In this document: positions 1 through 9,771 of the stretch, piece by piece | Layout of the letters: each line of letters starts with the position of its first letter | How positions within the stretch are numbered: position 1 is the stretch's first letter | Assembly (NCBI GenBank): GCA_902596745.1 | Contig: CACJUZ010000002.1 | Location: forward strand, 57,545 to 121,544 | Direction of reading: 5' to 3' | DNA from: an uncultured Pelagibacteraceae bacterium | GTDB lineage: Bacteria; Pseudomonadota; Alphaproteobacteria; Pelagibacterales; Pelagibacteraceae | DNA: 64,000 bases | Translations under genes and position numbers: made by a program | Notes under the pieces: generated by a model | The model's database searches: none | Told to the model about the DNA's origin: nothing | What the model saw: only the letters and a program-made list of their open reading frames with translations

Positions 1-295
1 TAATAATGTTTCTCAATATTGTATAAACTAATTCTCTGTAATCTGCTTTTCCCAAAGCCTGTGAGATAAGTCCAACAGTACCCATTCTTAAGAAGCCAAA
101 ACTCCAAAAAATTACTGTTAAAAATGTTGTAGAAATACTTGCGGCTATTAGATATTTTTCGTTATCTAAATGACCCATTAACCCAGTATCAACTAAACCA
201 ACTAAAGGAATAGCCAAATTTGAAAAAAAAATAGGTATAGAAAGTCTAAAAATCTGCCATTTTGAAATATTAACAGTAATCCTCATACTGGTCAT
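1..295 (-). CDS. MATE-family (DinF-like) efflux transporter, N-terminal part only (runs off the window start)
   Basis: Not in the ORF track. Manual minus-strand translation from ATG 295 (or 286): MTSMRITVNISKWQIFRLSIPIFFSNLAIPLVGLVDTGLMGHLDNEKYL, matching the MATE/DinF N-terminal P..(S)N...PL.GLVDT..MGHL pattern. Confidence 0.85.
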   Translation of the reverse strand, partial: MTSMRITVNISKWQIFRLSIPIFFSNLAIPLVGLVDTGLMGHLDNEKYLIAASISTTFLTVIFWSFGFLRMGTVGLISQALGKADYRELVYTILRNII

Positions 296-354
296 ATGAA
301 TGGATAAATTATTCTTTATATAGAAACAATTAAATTATATAAGAAGTTGGAATA

Positions 355-975
355 ATGGTTGAACAATTCGTAATAGCTATACAAATCATACTAATTGATA
401 TTGTAATGGCCGCAGATAATGCGATCATTATAGGTTTGATTGCTGCAAATTTTGCTCCGCAAAATAAAAAAAAGATAATTGCATGGGGTGTTGCTGGAGC
501 CTTTATTTTTAGAATATTTTTTGCTTTTGGAACAGAGTACATGCTTGAATACGCATGGATTAAAATTGCAGGGGGATTAGCCCTTTTATGGATTGTTTAC
601 AATATAAGACAAGATTTGTTTGGTAAAAATAAAATTAGATCACCCGAAGTTAAATCAAAAGAACCAGTGTCTTTTAAAACTGGAGTTTACAGAATATTAA
701 TAGCCGATATTACCTTAAGTTTTGATAACGTGCTTGGTGTTGTAGGTGCTGCAAAAGATTATTATTACTTAATGATAACTGGATTGCTATTATCAGTTTT
801 TTTAGTAGCTACTCTTGCTACTTATTTTGCGAATTATATTAAAGAACATAAATGGTTAGGCTACGTAGGAATTTTTGTAATTATAATTGTAGCATTGCAA
901 CTTATAATTGGCGGGCTTGTAAATCTAGATGTATTATCCATTAATGAGAAATACGAAATTTTATTTAGTGTATGA
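355..975 (+). CDS. TerC-family (YjbE-like) integral membrane protein
   Basis: IILIDIVMAADNAIII and ADITLSFDNVLGVVGAA motifs; multiple TM segments. Confidence 0.9.
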   Translation: MVEQFVIAIQIILIDIVMAADNAIIIGLIAANFAPQNKKKIIAWGVAGAFIFRIFFAFGTEYMLEYAWIKIAGGLALLWIVYNIRQDLFGKNKIRSPEVKSKEPVSFKTGVYRILIADITLSFDNVLGVVGAAKDYYYLMITGLLLSVFLVATLATYFANYIKEHKWLGYVGIFVIIIVALQLIIGGLVNLDVLSINEKYEILFSV

Positions 976-1961
976 TCGACTTCTGCGTTTTGGGGACAGG
1001 GATTTCTGGATCTACAATTGCCAATCTATTAAGTAAAAAGTATTCAATTCAAATTATCGATAAAGCTAAAGGTATTGGCGGGAGAGCATCTAACAAAAAA
1101 ATTGGTAAATCAATAAGCTTTGATCATGGCTTACAGTATTATTCGGCTAAAGATATTAAATTTAGAAGACAATTAAATTATTTAATAAAAAAAAAAATTC
1201 TAAAATTTTGGGAAGGTAATCATATAGATTTTACCTTTAAAAATTCACTTAATTCTCAAAAGATAATAGGTGTTAAAGGAAACAATGATTTTAACAAATA
1301 TTTGATTAAAAATATTAAGAAAAACTTAGGGCAACAAATTATTAACATCAAATATAAAAAAGCTTATTGGGAAATAACAAGTGAAGATAGAAAATTTAAA
1401 TCAAAATGTATAATTATAACGTTTCCTTACGATCAAACAAAAAAAATAGCGAAAAACTATTTAAATAAGAGTTTTTTAAATCTTAAAGTTAAAATGAAAC
1501 CAAATATAACTTTGCTTTTAAAACAAGTGAGTAAAAGCAAGATTCCAATTAACAGTCTACGTCTGGATAAAAGAATAATCTCGTGGATTGCTAATGAAAA
1601 TAGTAAAAAAAGATTTTCTAGTAACAATTTCTTTTGGACTATACAAACCAACGAAAACTATTCACAAAAAATTATAAATAAATATAAAAAAAAGAAAACC
1701 TATTATTCAAAACAAATAATAAAAGATTTTTCTAATATTTTAGGTTTAAGTAATACTGACTTAAAAGTAATAAAAATTCATGGTTGGAAGTACTCATATA
1801 ATTCTAAGAATTCAGGAAAAAAATGTTATTGGGATAAAAAATTAAAAATCGGAATTTGCGGTGACTGGTTTATAGGTGCCAAAGCTGAGTCTGCTTGGCA
1901 AAGTGCTCACAATTTATTTTCTCAGATAAAAAAAAACCCGCCTAAAATTAGACGGGTTTAA
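972..1961 (+). CDS. Renalase-like NAD(P)/FAD-dependent oxidoreductase
   Basis: GTGISG dinucleotide-binding motif, DKAKGIGGRAS, FDHGLQY, C-terminal GICGDW...ESAWQS. Confidence 0.8.
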   Translation: MIDFCVLGTGISGSTIANLLSKKYSIQIIDKAKGIGGRASNKKIGKSISFDHGLQYYSAKDIKFRRQLNYLIKKKILKFWEGNHIDFTFKNSLNSQKIIGVKGNNDFNKYLIKNIKKNLGQQIINIKYKKAYWEITSEDRKFKSKCIIITFPYDQTKKIAKNYLNKSFLNLKVKMKPNITLLLKQVSKSKIPINSLRLDKRIISWIANENSKKRFSSNNFFWTIQTNENYSQKIINKYKKKKTYYSKQIIKDFSNILGLSNTDLKVIKIHGWKYSYNSKNSGKKCYWDKKLKIGICGDWFIGAKAESAWQSAHNLFSQIKKNPPKIRRV

Positions 1962-1969
1962 TTTTTTTT
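1929..1969. terminator. Probable intrinsic terminator between convergent genes, overlapping the oxidoreductase 3' end
   Basis: AACCCGCCTAA-AA-TTAGACGGGTT stem, preceded by an A-run (U-tract on the minus strand) and followed by a T-run. Confidence 0.65.
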
Positions 1970-1983
1970 AATTTTAAATTAAA

Positions 1984-2682
1984 TTAAAATTTATAACCTA
2001 GAGACGCTGACAACATAGTTACGTCGATATCCGCTTCGACTAAGTTGTTTGTCGCAACACCAGTTCTTGCTACTTGTGATCTAAACTCTATATCACCGTA
2101 GTCAATGTGAGATAATTCAATTCTGCCTACCATATTGTCGTAACCAACATCGAATTCTACACCAGCACCTAATGCTACACCATCTAGTGTGTCATTACCG
2201 TACGTTGAACCTGTACCTAAGCTTTCAAGAGTGTTTAAATCAACTTGAACATAACCTGCTTTTAAATAAACTCCATTGCCTGGAGAGTAAGTAGCATAAT
2301 ATGTTAAATGATTTTCGATCTCAGCTTGTGCTTTCTGAGTTCTTGAAGTTGTAGTGTTTGTAGTTGTTCCAGTCACTGATGTCTCTGTGTCAGTTCTCGT
2401 TTTTGTAGAGTTACTGATATCAGCAGATCCAGGAATGTAATCAACACCTAGTGACAGACCACTACCTAAAATGTCGTTGTATTCTAAAAATATAGAACCA
2501 ACTGCTTTATTATTTGTAGCTTCTGCACGAGTAATTTCACCACCTTCTGTCTCTTGACCGCTTGCGTCTATCATGGCCATAGATCCCGTAACACCTACCG
2601 TAAATCCGTATTCAGCAAGCGCGTGGCCTGAGCTAAATAAAGAAAGCAAGAATGCTAGGGTTAAAGCTTTGATATTTTTCAT
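1984..2682 (-). CDS. Outer-membrane beta-barrel protein (OmpA-TM/opacity-like)
   Basis: Start moved to ATG 2682 because AAGGAG lies just upstream; signal peptide ending AHALA-like; alternating beta-strand pattern; C-terminal LGYKF. Confidence 0.75.
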   Translation of the reverse strand: MKNIKALTLAFLLSLFSSGHALAEYGFTVGVTGSMAMIDASGQETEGGEITRAEATNNKAVGSIFLEYNDILGSGLSLGVDYIPGSADISNSTKTRTDTETSVTGTTTNTTTSRTQKAQAEIENHLTYYATYSPGNGVYLKAGYVQVDLNTLESLGTGSTYGNDTLDGVALGAGVEFDVGYDNMVGRIELSHIDYGDIEFRSQVARTGVATNNLVEADIDVTMLSASLGYKF

Positions 2683-2840
2683 ATTACTCCTTAGTAAATT
2701 GTACAATTAACTTTATATTCTTTAAGCCAATAAATTAGCCATGTCTACTTAAAACAAGAAAGTTTAGCGTATTAAATGAAAAAAAAATGTTGATTTTATT
2801 GACTTTTTGTGTTGCTAAAAAGTCACATAGGAGCTTAAAA

Positions 2841-4349
2841 TTAATCGAAAATCGAGCTATTTTTGGAATTACCTCTTGTAACGTTTTTTTTAATATTAGG
2901 ATTCAAAAACACTAAATCTTTTGATTTTAAACTCTTTAAATTTTGAACTAATTTCAAAAATTTTTTAGTCTCAGATTTAGTCATTAAACCATCCGTCAAA
3001 CTTTTGAATTTTTCAATATAATTAGCCCTTCTAAAAGGTCTTAACCCGTTAGGATGAGCATCTGCTACTTCTTTTTCCTCTTGAATTACCGATCCATCTT
3101 TCATTTTAATTAATACTCTTCCACCAAAAGATTTTTTTTTTGGATCTGGATCATGATATTTTTTTGTCCATTGAGGATCTTCAAAAGTTTCTATTTTTTG
3201 CCAAAGTTCTACTGTGCTTTTTCTATTAGCTCTTTCTGATGTATAGGATTTTATGTGATGCCAATTCGAATCCTCCAAAGCAACAGCAAAAATATACATA
3301 ATGGAGTGGTCTAAAGTTTCCCTGCTTGCTTTTGGGTCCATTTTTTGAGGATCGTTAGCACCTGTTCCAATTACATAATGTGTATGGTGGCTAGTATAAA
3401 TTTCAATTTTAGAGATTTGTGATTTATCTTTAATTTTTTTACCTAAACTTCTCGCTAAATCTATTAAAGCTTGAGATTGGTACTCAGCAGAATGTTCTTT
3501 TGTATACGTTTCAAGAATAGCTCTTTTTTCTGAGTTTAAATCTGGTAAAGGAACAGAGTATTCTTTATCTGGACCTGATAATATATATGCAATAAAACTA
3601 TCCTCACCTTCATAAATAGGACTTGGAGCTCCTTCACCTCTCATACATCTATCAACTGCTTCAATTGCCATTTTTCCAGCATGAGATGGTGCAAATGCCT
3701 TCCAACTTGAAATTTCTCCTTTTCTAGATTGTCTTGTAGAAATTGTTGTATGAAGAGCTTGTTGCACTGATTGGTAAATTACATCTTTGTTTAATTTTAA
3801 AAGAGTTCCTATTCCTGCAGCCACACTAACACCTAGATGTGCTATATGATCAATTTTATGCTCATGTAGACAAATTCCTTTGACCAAACTTACTTGAACT
3901 TCATATCCAGTTAAAATTGCTTTAATTAAATTTAATCCATCAATTTTCTTTTGTTGAGCTACTGCAAGAATAGCAGGAATATTATCACCTGGGTGACTAT
4001 AATCAGCCGCTAAAAAGGTATCATGATAATCTAATTCTCGTACAGCAGTTCCATTAGCCCAAGCCGCCCATTCACAATGTACTTTTAACTTTGGATCAAC
4101 TCCAAATAATGTTGCGCCATTTTTTTTTGGATGAGCTAAAGCCATATCTCTAGCTGATATTACAGGTTTTCTATTTAAAGATGCAATTGCCACAGAAGCA
4201 TTATCAATTATTCTATTAATTACCATTTCAATGGTTTCTGCAGAAGGCCTCGACTTATCAGAAGCTATTTCAGCAATTTTCCAGGCTAATTGTTCTTCCT
4301 TTTTAAGTAAAGCGGATGAGGGATGAGTTTTAACTTTAATTTCTTGCAT
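2841..4349 (-). CDS. prpD: 2-methylcitrate dehydratase (MmgE/PrpD family)
   Basis: [53 protein letters not shown] motifs. Confidence 0.92.
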   Translation of the reverse strand: MQEIKVKTHPSSALLKKEEQLAWKIAEIASDKSRPSAETIEMVINRIIDNASVAIASLNRKPVISARDMALAHPKKNGATLFGVDPKLKVHCEWAAWANGTAVRELDYHDTFLAADYSHPGDNIPAILAVAQQKKIDGLNLIKAILTGYEVQVSLVKGICLHEHKIDHIAHLGVSVAAGIGTLLKLNKDVIYQSVQQALHTTISTRQSRKGEISSWKAFAPSHAGKMAIEAVDRCMRGEGAPSPIYEGEDSFIAYILSGPDKEYSVPLPDLNSEKRAILETYTKEHSAEYQSQALIDLARSLGKKIKDKSQISKIEIYTSHHTHYVIGTGANDPQKMDPKASRETLDHSIMYIFAVALEDSNWHHIKSYTSERANRKSTVELWQKIETFEDPQWTKKYHDPDPKKKSFGGRVLIKMKDGSVIQEEKEVADAHPNGLRPFRRANYIEKFKSLTDGLMTKSETKKFLKLVQNLKSLKSKDLVFLNPNIKKNVTRGNSKNSSIFD

Positions 4350-4351
4350 TG

Positions 4352-7024
4352 TTAATTAAGCATATTTCTTAAAACAAATTGAAGTATACCTCCGTTTTTA
4401 TAGTATTCAATTTCGTTTTCGGTATCTATTCTGCTCAGAACTTTTATAATTTTGCTAGTTCCATCTTTATATTTAATTTCACAAGTTATCTCTTCTCTTG
4501 GTTTAATACCTTTTTCTATATCCACAACTGTTATTAATTCTTGTCCGGTTATTTTCAGTATTTTTCGATTAAAACTCTCCTTAAATTGAAGAGGCAGCAC
4601 TCCCATTCCAACTAGATTTGATCTATGAATTCTCTCAAAACTTTCAGCTAAAACAGCTTTTATTCCAAGTAATTTGGTACCTTTCGCTGCCCAATCCCTA
4701 GAAGATCCAGTTCCATATTCTTTTCCTGCTATAACCACTAAATCATTATTTCTTTTTTTGTATTCCATAGCAGCTTCATAAACGCTCATTACTTTACCGT
4801 CAGGTTGAAGTGTAGTAAATCCCCCTTCGGTATCTGGGGCCATTTCATTTCTTATTTTAATATTCCCAAAAGTCCCTCTCATCATGACTTCATGATTACC
4901 TCTTCTTGCTCCATAAGAATTAAAATCTTTCTGTTGAATCTGATGTTTCATAAAATAATCTCCGGTTGGACTATCTTTTTTTATGCTTCCAGCTGGTGAA
5001 ATATGATCTGTTGTGACAGTGTCTCCGAGTAACAAAAGAATTCTTGCATCATTTATAGGTTTAAATCCTTCTGGTTTATCAGGAAGATTATCAAAAAATG
5101 GAGGTCTTTTTACATATGTTGAGTTCTGTTCCCAATTATAAATATTGCTATCAACAGTATTTATATTTTTCCATTCCTTTGGTCCCTCTGAAACATTTGA
5201 GTATCTTTTTTTAAACATGTCAGCATTTAAAGATGTCAACATAATTTCTTCAATTTCCTTATTGCTAGGCCAAATATCTTTTAAAAAAACATCGTTTCCA
5301 TCTTTATCTTTTCCTAGGGATGACTTGTACAGATCAAAATTCATATTACCGGCTAAAGCGTATGCTACAACTAAGGGGGGTGATGCTAAATAATTTGCTT
5401 TAACATCTGGATTAATTCTACCTTCAAAGTTTCTATTTCCAGATAAAACTGAAACCGCATATAAGTCTTTTTCATTAATCGCATCTGAAATATTTTTATT
5501 TAATGGTCCAGAGTTTCCAATACATGTGGTACAGCCATAACCTACTAGATTGAAACCTAATTGATCTAAATACTCATTTAATCCAGCTTTCTCTAAATAA
5601 TCAGTGACGACTTGAGAGCCTGGTGCTAAAGAAGTTTTCACCCACGGTTTTACTTTAAGCCCCTTCATATGAGCTTTCTTAGCTAAAAGTCCTGCTCCTA
5701 TTAATACACTTGGATTAGAAGTGTTAGTACAGGAGGTAATTGCAGCAATAACAATATCTCCATCTTTTAATTTAAAATCTTTTCCAGCAACAACTGCTTC
5801 AACTTCTTTGGATCTTTTAGTGTTTTCTTTATAAACTTTTGCAAAAGCATTTGATGCATCGGTAAGAAAAACCTTATCTTGTGGTCTCTTTGGTCCAGAA
5901 ATGCTTGTTACAACCGAACTTACATCAAGCGTAACGGTATCTGTAAACTCTACATCGTTACTTGCCCATAATCCTTGTTCCTTTGAATATTTCTCTACTA
6001 ATAAAATTGTTGACTCATCTCTTCCTGATAATTTTAAATATTTTAAAGACTCTTCATCAACTGGAAAAAAACCACAGGTAGCTCCATACTCTGGCGCCAT
6101 GTTTGCGATAGTCGCCCTATCAGCTAAAGTTAAATTCTTAAGACCTTCTCCATAAAATTCAACAAATTTTCCTACAACACCTTTTTTTCTAAGCATCTCT
6201 ACAATTGTTAAAACTAAATCTGTTGCAGTCGTACCTTCCTTTAATTTTCCTTTTAATTCGACACCTACTACTTCTGGTATTAACATTGAAATAGGTTGGC
6301 CTAACATTGCTGCTTCAGCCTCAATACCGCCTACCCCCCAACCAAGTACAGACAAACCATTAACCATTGTGGTGTGGCTGTCTGTTCCGACTAACGTATC
6401 CGGATAAGCATATAAATCATTTCCACTTTTAGACGACCAAACAACCTTGGATAAATATTCTAAGTTTACTTGATGGCAAATTCCTGTTCCAGGAGGCACT
6501 ACCCTAAAATTGTCAAAAGCTTTCTGACCCCATTTTAAAAAAGAATAACGCTCACCATTCCTAGAAAATTCTCTCTCAACATTTTTATCAAATGATTTGC
6601 CTGAAGCATACTCATCTACCATGACTGAGTGATCGATCACTAGGTCTACAGTAGATAAAGGATTTATTTTTTCAGGATCTTTATTTTTGTTTTTTACAGC
6701 ATCTCTCATAGCTGCCAAATCAGCTACTGCTGGAATTCCAGTATAGTCCTGCATTAAAACTCTAGCAGGTCTGTATGCTATTTCTGTATTAGATTTTTTA
6801 TTTTTTAACCAATCTTTAACTGCTAAAATTTGGTTTTTATCGACGGTTAAATTATCCTCATATCTAAGTAAATTTTCTAATAAAACCTTAAGAGATTTTG
6901 GGAGCTTAGAAATCCCATCTAAACCATTATTTTCTGCTTTTTTTAAATTGAAAAATTTATACTCTTTCCCAGATGATGAAATATTATCTAATGATTTAAA
7001 GGAATTTTTACTATTAAATTTCAT
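4352..7024 (-). CDS. acnA: Aconitate hydratase A
   Basis: [64 protein letters not shown]. Confidence 0.97.
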   Translation of the reverse strand: MKFNSKNSFKSLDNISSSGKEYKFFNLKKAENNGLDGISKLPKSLKVLLENLLRYEDNLTVDKNQILAVKDWLKNKKSNTEIAYRPARVLMQDYTGIPAVADLAAMRDAVKNKNKDPEKINPLSTVDLVIDHSVMVDEYASGKSFDKNVEREFSRNGERYSFLKWGQKAFDNFRVVPPGTGICHQVNLEYLSKVVWSSKSGNDLYAYPDTLVGTDSHTTMVNGLSVLGWGVGGIEAEAAMLGQPISMLIPEVVGVELKGKLKEGTTATDLVLTIVEMLRKKGVVGKFVEFYGEGLKNLTLADRATIANMAPEYGATCGFFPVDEESLKYLKLSGRDESTILLVEKYSKEQGLWASNDVEFTDTVTLDVSSVVTSISGPKRPQDKVFLTDASNAFAKVYKENTKRSKEVEAVVAGKDFKLKDGDIVIAAITSCTNTSNPSVLIGAGLLAKKAHMKGLKVKPWVKTSLAPGSQVVTDYLEKAGLNEYLDQLGFNLVGYGCTTCIGNSGPLNKNISDAINEKDLYAVSVLSGNRNFEGRINPDVKANYLASPPLVVAYALAGNMNFDLYKSSLGKDKDGNDVFLKDIWPSNKEIEEIMLTSLNADMFKKRYSNVSEGPKEWKNINTVDSNIYNWEQNSTYVKRPPFFDNLPDKPEGFKPINDARILLLLGDTVTTDHISPAGSIKKDSPTGDYFMKHQIQQKDFNSYGARRGNHEVMMRGTFGNIKIRNEMAPDTEGGFTTLQPDGKVMSVYEAAMEYKKRNNDLVVIAGKEYGTGSSRDWAAKGTKLLGIKAVLAESFERIHRSNLVGMGVLPLQFKESFNRKILKITGQELITVVDIEKGIKPREEITCEIKYKDGTSKIIKVLSRIDTENEIEYYKNGGILQFVLRNMLN

Positions 7025-7027
7025 GCG

Positions 7028-7615
7028 CTATACATAGAACATAATAACACAAACGATAAGTAAAAAAGACATTGAGTAATTAAAATTCCTAATAAATTTA
7101 TCACTTGTGGCGAATTTTCTCATGTATTTTCCCATTAAACACCAGGCTGTTTGACTGCCCACTGCCATAAAAAACCATACCGAAGTTAAAATAATTGAGT
7201 CTCTTAAATAATTATTTTCGATATCTATAAAGAGAGAAATGGAAGTTAATCCGACAATAATACTTTTGGGATTTACAAATTGAAACCAGAAAGTATTTAA
7301 AAAAGTCACTGGTTTTGGGTCAATTTTTTTATCACTAGTTTTACCGCCAAAAGATAATTTGTAAGCCATATATAAGAGATAGATCGACCCAAGAATTTTA
7401 ATAATAGTTTGTATAAATTTATATCTTTCAAAAACTGCAGCGGATGTTAATTGCAAAAGTATAATTAGAAGCGTCCATCCAATTATTACACCAAGCATTG
7501 TAGGTATAGTTTTTCTAAAACCAAAATTAAATGCTGTGTAAGATGTCATTATATTATTTGGTCCAGGTGAAAAAGCGGTGGCAATACCAAATAAAATTAA
7601 TGGAAGAATTTGCAT
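7028..7615 (-). CDS. LysE/RhtB-family exporter
   Basis: SPGPNN, GSIYLLYMAYK, FQFVNPK motifs. Confidence 0.88.
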   Translation of the reverse strand: MQILPLILFGIATAFSPGPNNIMTSYTAFNFGFRKTIPTMLGVIIGWTLLIILLQLTSAAVFERYKFIQTIIKILGSIYLLYMAYKLSFGGKTSDKKIDPKPVTFLNTFWFQFVNPKSIIVGLTSISLFIDIENNYLRDSIILTSVWFFMAVGSQTAWCLMGKYMRKFATSDKFIRNFNYSMSFLLIVCVIMFYV

Positions 7616-7687
7616 TTTGTTTAGTTTGAAGATCTTAGTCTATTATGAAATAGCAAACAATAATTCCACATTGATTTTTTTCATATC

Positions 7688-8170
7688 CTATATTGTCATG
7701 AATATAGAGAATTTCCCATCAATAAGTTGATAGATAACAAAAGGCTCCTCTTTTTTGCCAGGCATTCCTGGTGTTCCTATAGGCATTCCAGGTAAAGCTA
7801 TACCATCAATATTAGGTCGTTTTTTTAATAACTTATTTACTGCCTCCAGTGGAACATGTCCTTCTATAAAATATTTGCCAATAATGGTAGTGTGGCATGA
7901 CTGCATTTCTAGTGGAATATTATATTTTTTTTTTATCGAATGGAGACTTCTCATATCTGTCTCCTTTACATTAAATTGTTCTTTTTCTAAAAATAAAACA
8001 TATCCGTAACAACATCCACAAGAAGGGGTTTTAAAAACTTCAACGCTTAGTTTTTTATTATTTATATTAGCTGAAGCATTTTTTTTATCTTCAATAAAAT
8101 TAAAAGAATAAAAAAGTGATATTGATAAGATTAATATTATTGTAGGCTTAATAAATTTTTTTAAGAACAT
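7688..8170 (-). CDS. DUF411 / CopG-like exported metal-binding protein
   Basis: N-terminal TM/signal; CGCC, SCHT, IEGHVP, GIALPGMPIGTPGM motifs. Confidence 0.85.
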   Translation of the reverse strand: MFLKKFIKPTIILILSISLFYSFNFIEDKKNASANINNKKLSVEVFKTPSCGCCYGYVLFLEKEQFNVKETDMRSLHSIKKKYNIPLEMQSCHTTIIGKYFIEGHVPLEAVNKLLKKRPNIDGIALPGMPIGTPGMPGKKEEPFVIYQLIDGKFSIFMTI

Positions 8171-8187
8171 ATGTTACCTCAGATAAT

Positions 8188-8523
8188 TTAAGCTATATCT
8201 AAACCATTATCAGTTTTCTGAGACGGATGCACTAGGACAACTTTTCCATCTTTTTCTATCGCACCAAGTATTAATACTTCTGATACGACACCAGCTATAT
8301 TCTTGTTTGGAAAATTACATACTCCAATAACTTGTTTTCCTGTGAGATTTTCAGCGTTATAGTAATGTGTGATTTGAGCTGAAGATTGTTTGATACCAAT
8401 ATCTTTTCCAAAATCAACTTTTATAATTAAAGATGGTTTTCTTGCTTTTTCATTTTTTTTTACTTCTAGAACTGTGCCGACTTTTATTGAGACCTTTTTA
8501 AAATCTTCATAGTTAATTTCCAT
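8188..8523 (-). CDS. csaA: CsaA/Trbp111-like tRNA-binding protein / secretion chaperone
   Basis: ARKPS..VDFG..G.KQSSAQITHYY, NFP.KNIAG..SEVLILGA; AAGGAG RBS. Confidence 0.88.
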   Translation of the reverse strand: MEINYEDFKKVSIKVGTVLEVKKNEKARKPSLIIKVDFGKDIGIKQSSAQITHYYNAENLTGKQVIGVCNFPNKNIAGVVSEVLILGAIEKDGKVVLVHPSQKTDNGLDIA

Positions 8524-8536
8524 TTTATCTCCTTAT

Positions 8537-8564
8537 AAAAAAAAGGGGGCTTACGCCCCCTTTT
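8537..8564 (-). terminator. Rho-independent terminator after the first LivJ-family binding-protein gene
   Basis: GGGGGC-(GTAA loop on minus strand)-GCCCCC stem followed by 8 U on the minus strand. Confidence 0.9.
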
Positions 8565-8583
8565 AAATTTTTAAGTTAAATAA

Positions 8584-9687
8584 TTATAATTGTTTATAAT
8601 TACCTTTGCTCCACTCATAAAAAACGTAACCTGGTAAACTTACGTCACCTTTTTTATCAAAGCTTAAAGTTCCAAGGACTGTATTGAATTTTCCTTTTTT
8701 CATTGCTTTAAGAACTTTTTTTCTGTCAAGAGATCCGGCTTGAGTTGCAGCTTGTTCAAATACTTGTAACGCAGCATATGAATAAAGCACGTAACCTTCT
8801 GGCTCAATCCCTGCAGCTTTGAACTTTTTAACTAATGGTGCAGCTTCTGGATTATTTCTTGGGTCTGGACTGAAAGTCATTAAAGTACCTTCACCAGCAT
8901 CACCTGTAATTTGCCAATACTCTGCAGTTACTAGTGCGTCTCCACTGATTAATTTAGTTTTCATACCCTGGTCTCTCATTTGTCTTACGATTAGACCACC
9001 TTCAGTATGGTAACCTCCTAGATAAACAGCTTCGATACCGTTTGATTTTAGTTTTGAAACTAAAGCAGAATAATCTTTTTCACCTGCTGTAATAGCTTCG
9101 TACATAGTTTCTTTTAATCCACCTTTATTCATGTTTTTCTTTGTAGCGTCTGCTAATCCTTTACCGTAAGCAGTTTTATCATGAATAATTGCAACTTTTT
9201 TTCCACTATATTCTTTTGCTAAGAACGCACCAGCGACTTCACCTTGCTGGTCATCTCTACCGCAAACTCTAAATACATTCGGTCCACCTTTGTCTGTGAA
9301 CGCTGGATTAGTTGATGCTGGAGATACTTGGATTATACCTTCTTCAGTGTAAACTTTAGAAGCTGGTATAGAAGATCCTGAACAGAAATGTCCAGCAACA
9401 TAAGTTACTCCTTGACCTGCAAATTTATTTGCTACAGCCACAGCTTGTTTTGGATCACAAGCATCATCACCTATTACTAATTTAACTTTTTCTCCCAAAA
9501 TACCACCTTTTGCATTAGTATCTTTTAACCACATTTCTGCACCAGCTTTTAACTGAGCGCCGAAAGATGCATATTGACCACTCATTGGTCCAGCAGAAGC
9601 TACAACAACGTCAGCTTTCGCAGTTATTGATCCTAATAAAAAGATTGAAGCAATTATTGAAAGAATATTTTTCATAATCTTAAACAT
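8584..9687 (-). CDS. livJ: Branched-chain amino acid ABC transporter substrate-binding protein (LivJ/LivK)
   Basis: Signal peptide; DDACDPKQAVAVAN, GHFCSGSSIPAS, FRVCGRDDQQG, HDKTAYGKGLA. Confidence 0.93.
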   Translation of the reverse strand: MFKIMKNILSIIASIFLLGSITAKADVVVASAGPMSGQYASFGAQLKAGAEMWLKDTNAKGGILGEKVKLVIGDDACDPKQAVAVANKFAGQGVTYVAGHFCSGSSIPASKVYTEEGIIQVSPASTNPAFTDKGGPNVFRVCGRDDQQGEVAGAFLAKEYSGKKVAIIHDKTAYGKGLADATKKNMNKGGLKETMYEAITAGEKDYSALVSKLKSNGIEAVYLGGYHTEGGLIVRQMRDQGMKTKLISGDALVTAEYWQITGDAGEGTLMTFSPDPRNNPEAAPLVKKFKAAGIEPEGYVLYSYAALQVFEQAATQAGSLDRKKVLKAMKKGKFNTVLGTLSFDKKGDVSLPGYVFYEWSKGNYKQL

Positions 9688-9703
9688 ATGTTCCTCTTTT
9701 TGT

Positions 9704-9722
9704 TGTTAATTAATTAATTAAT
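9704..9722 (-). promoter_or_regulatory. 19-bp (TTAA)4 element in the livJ 5' leader, identical to 25506-25524
   Basis: TGTTAATTAATTAATTAAT on the plus strand, a few nt upstream of the AGAGGA RBS. Confidence 0.6.
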
Positions 9723-9771
9723 TTTTTATTATTGAACACTACCTTTGGTTTTTTGTAAATATGGAAAAATG

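Noticed and set aside
9706-9721. (TTAA)4 as a CtrA box, CRISPR repeat or transposon end
   Set aside because: Spacing is N4/N8, not TTAA-N7-TTAA; no spacers or cas genes; no transposase; both copies sit at equivalent leader positions rather than bracketing an element
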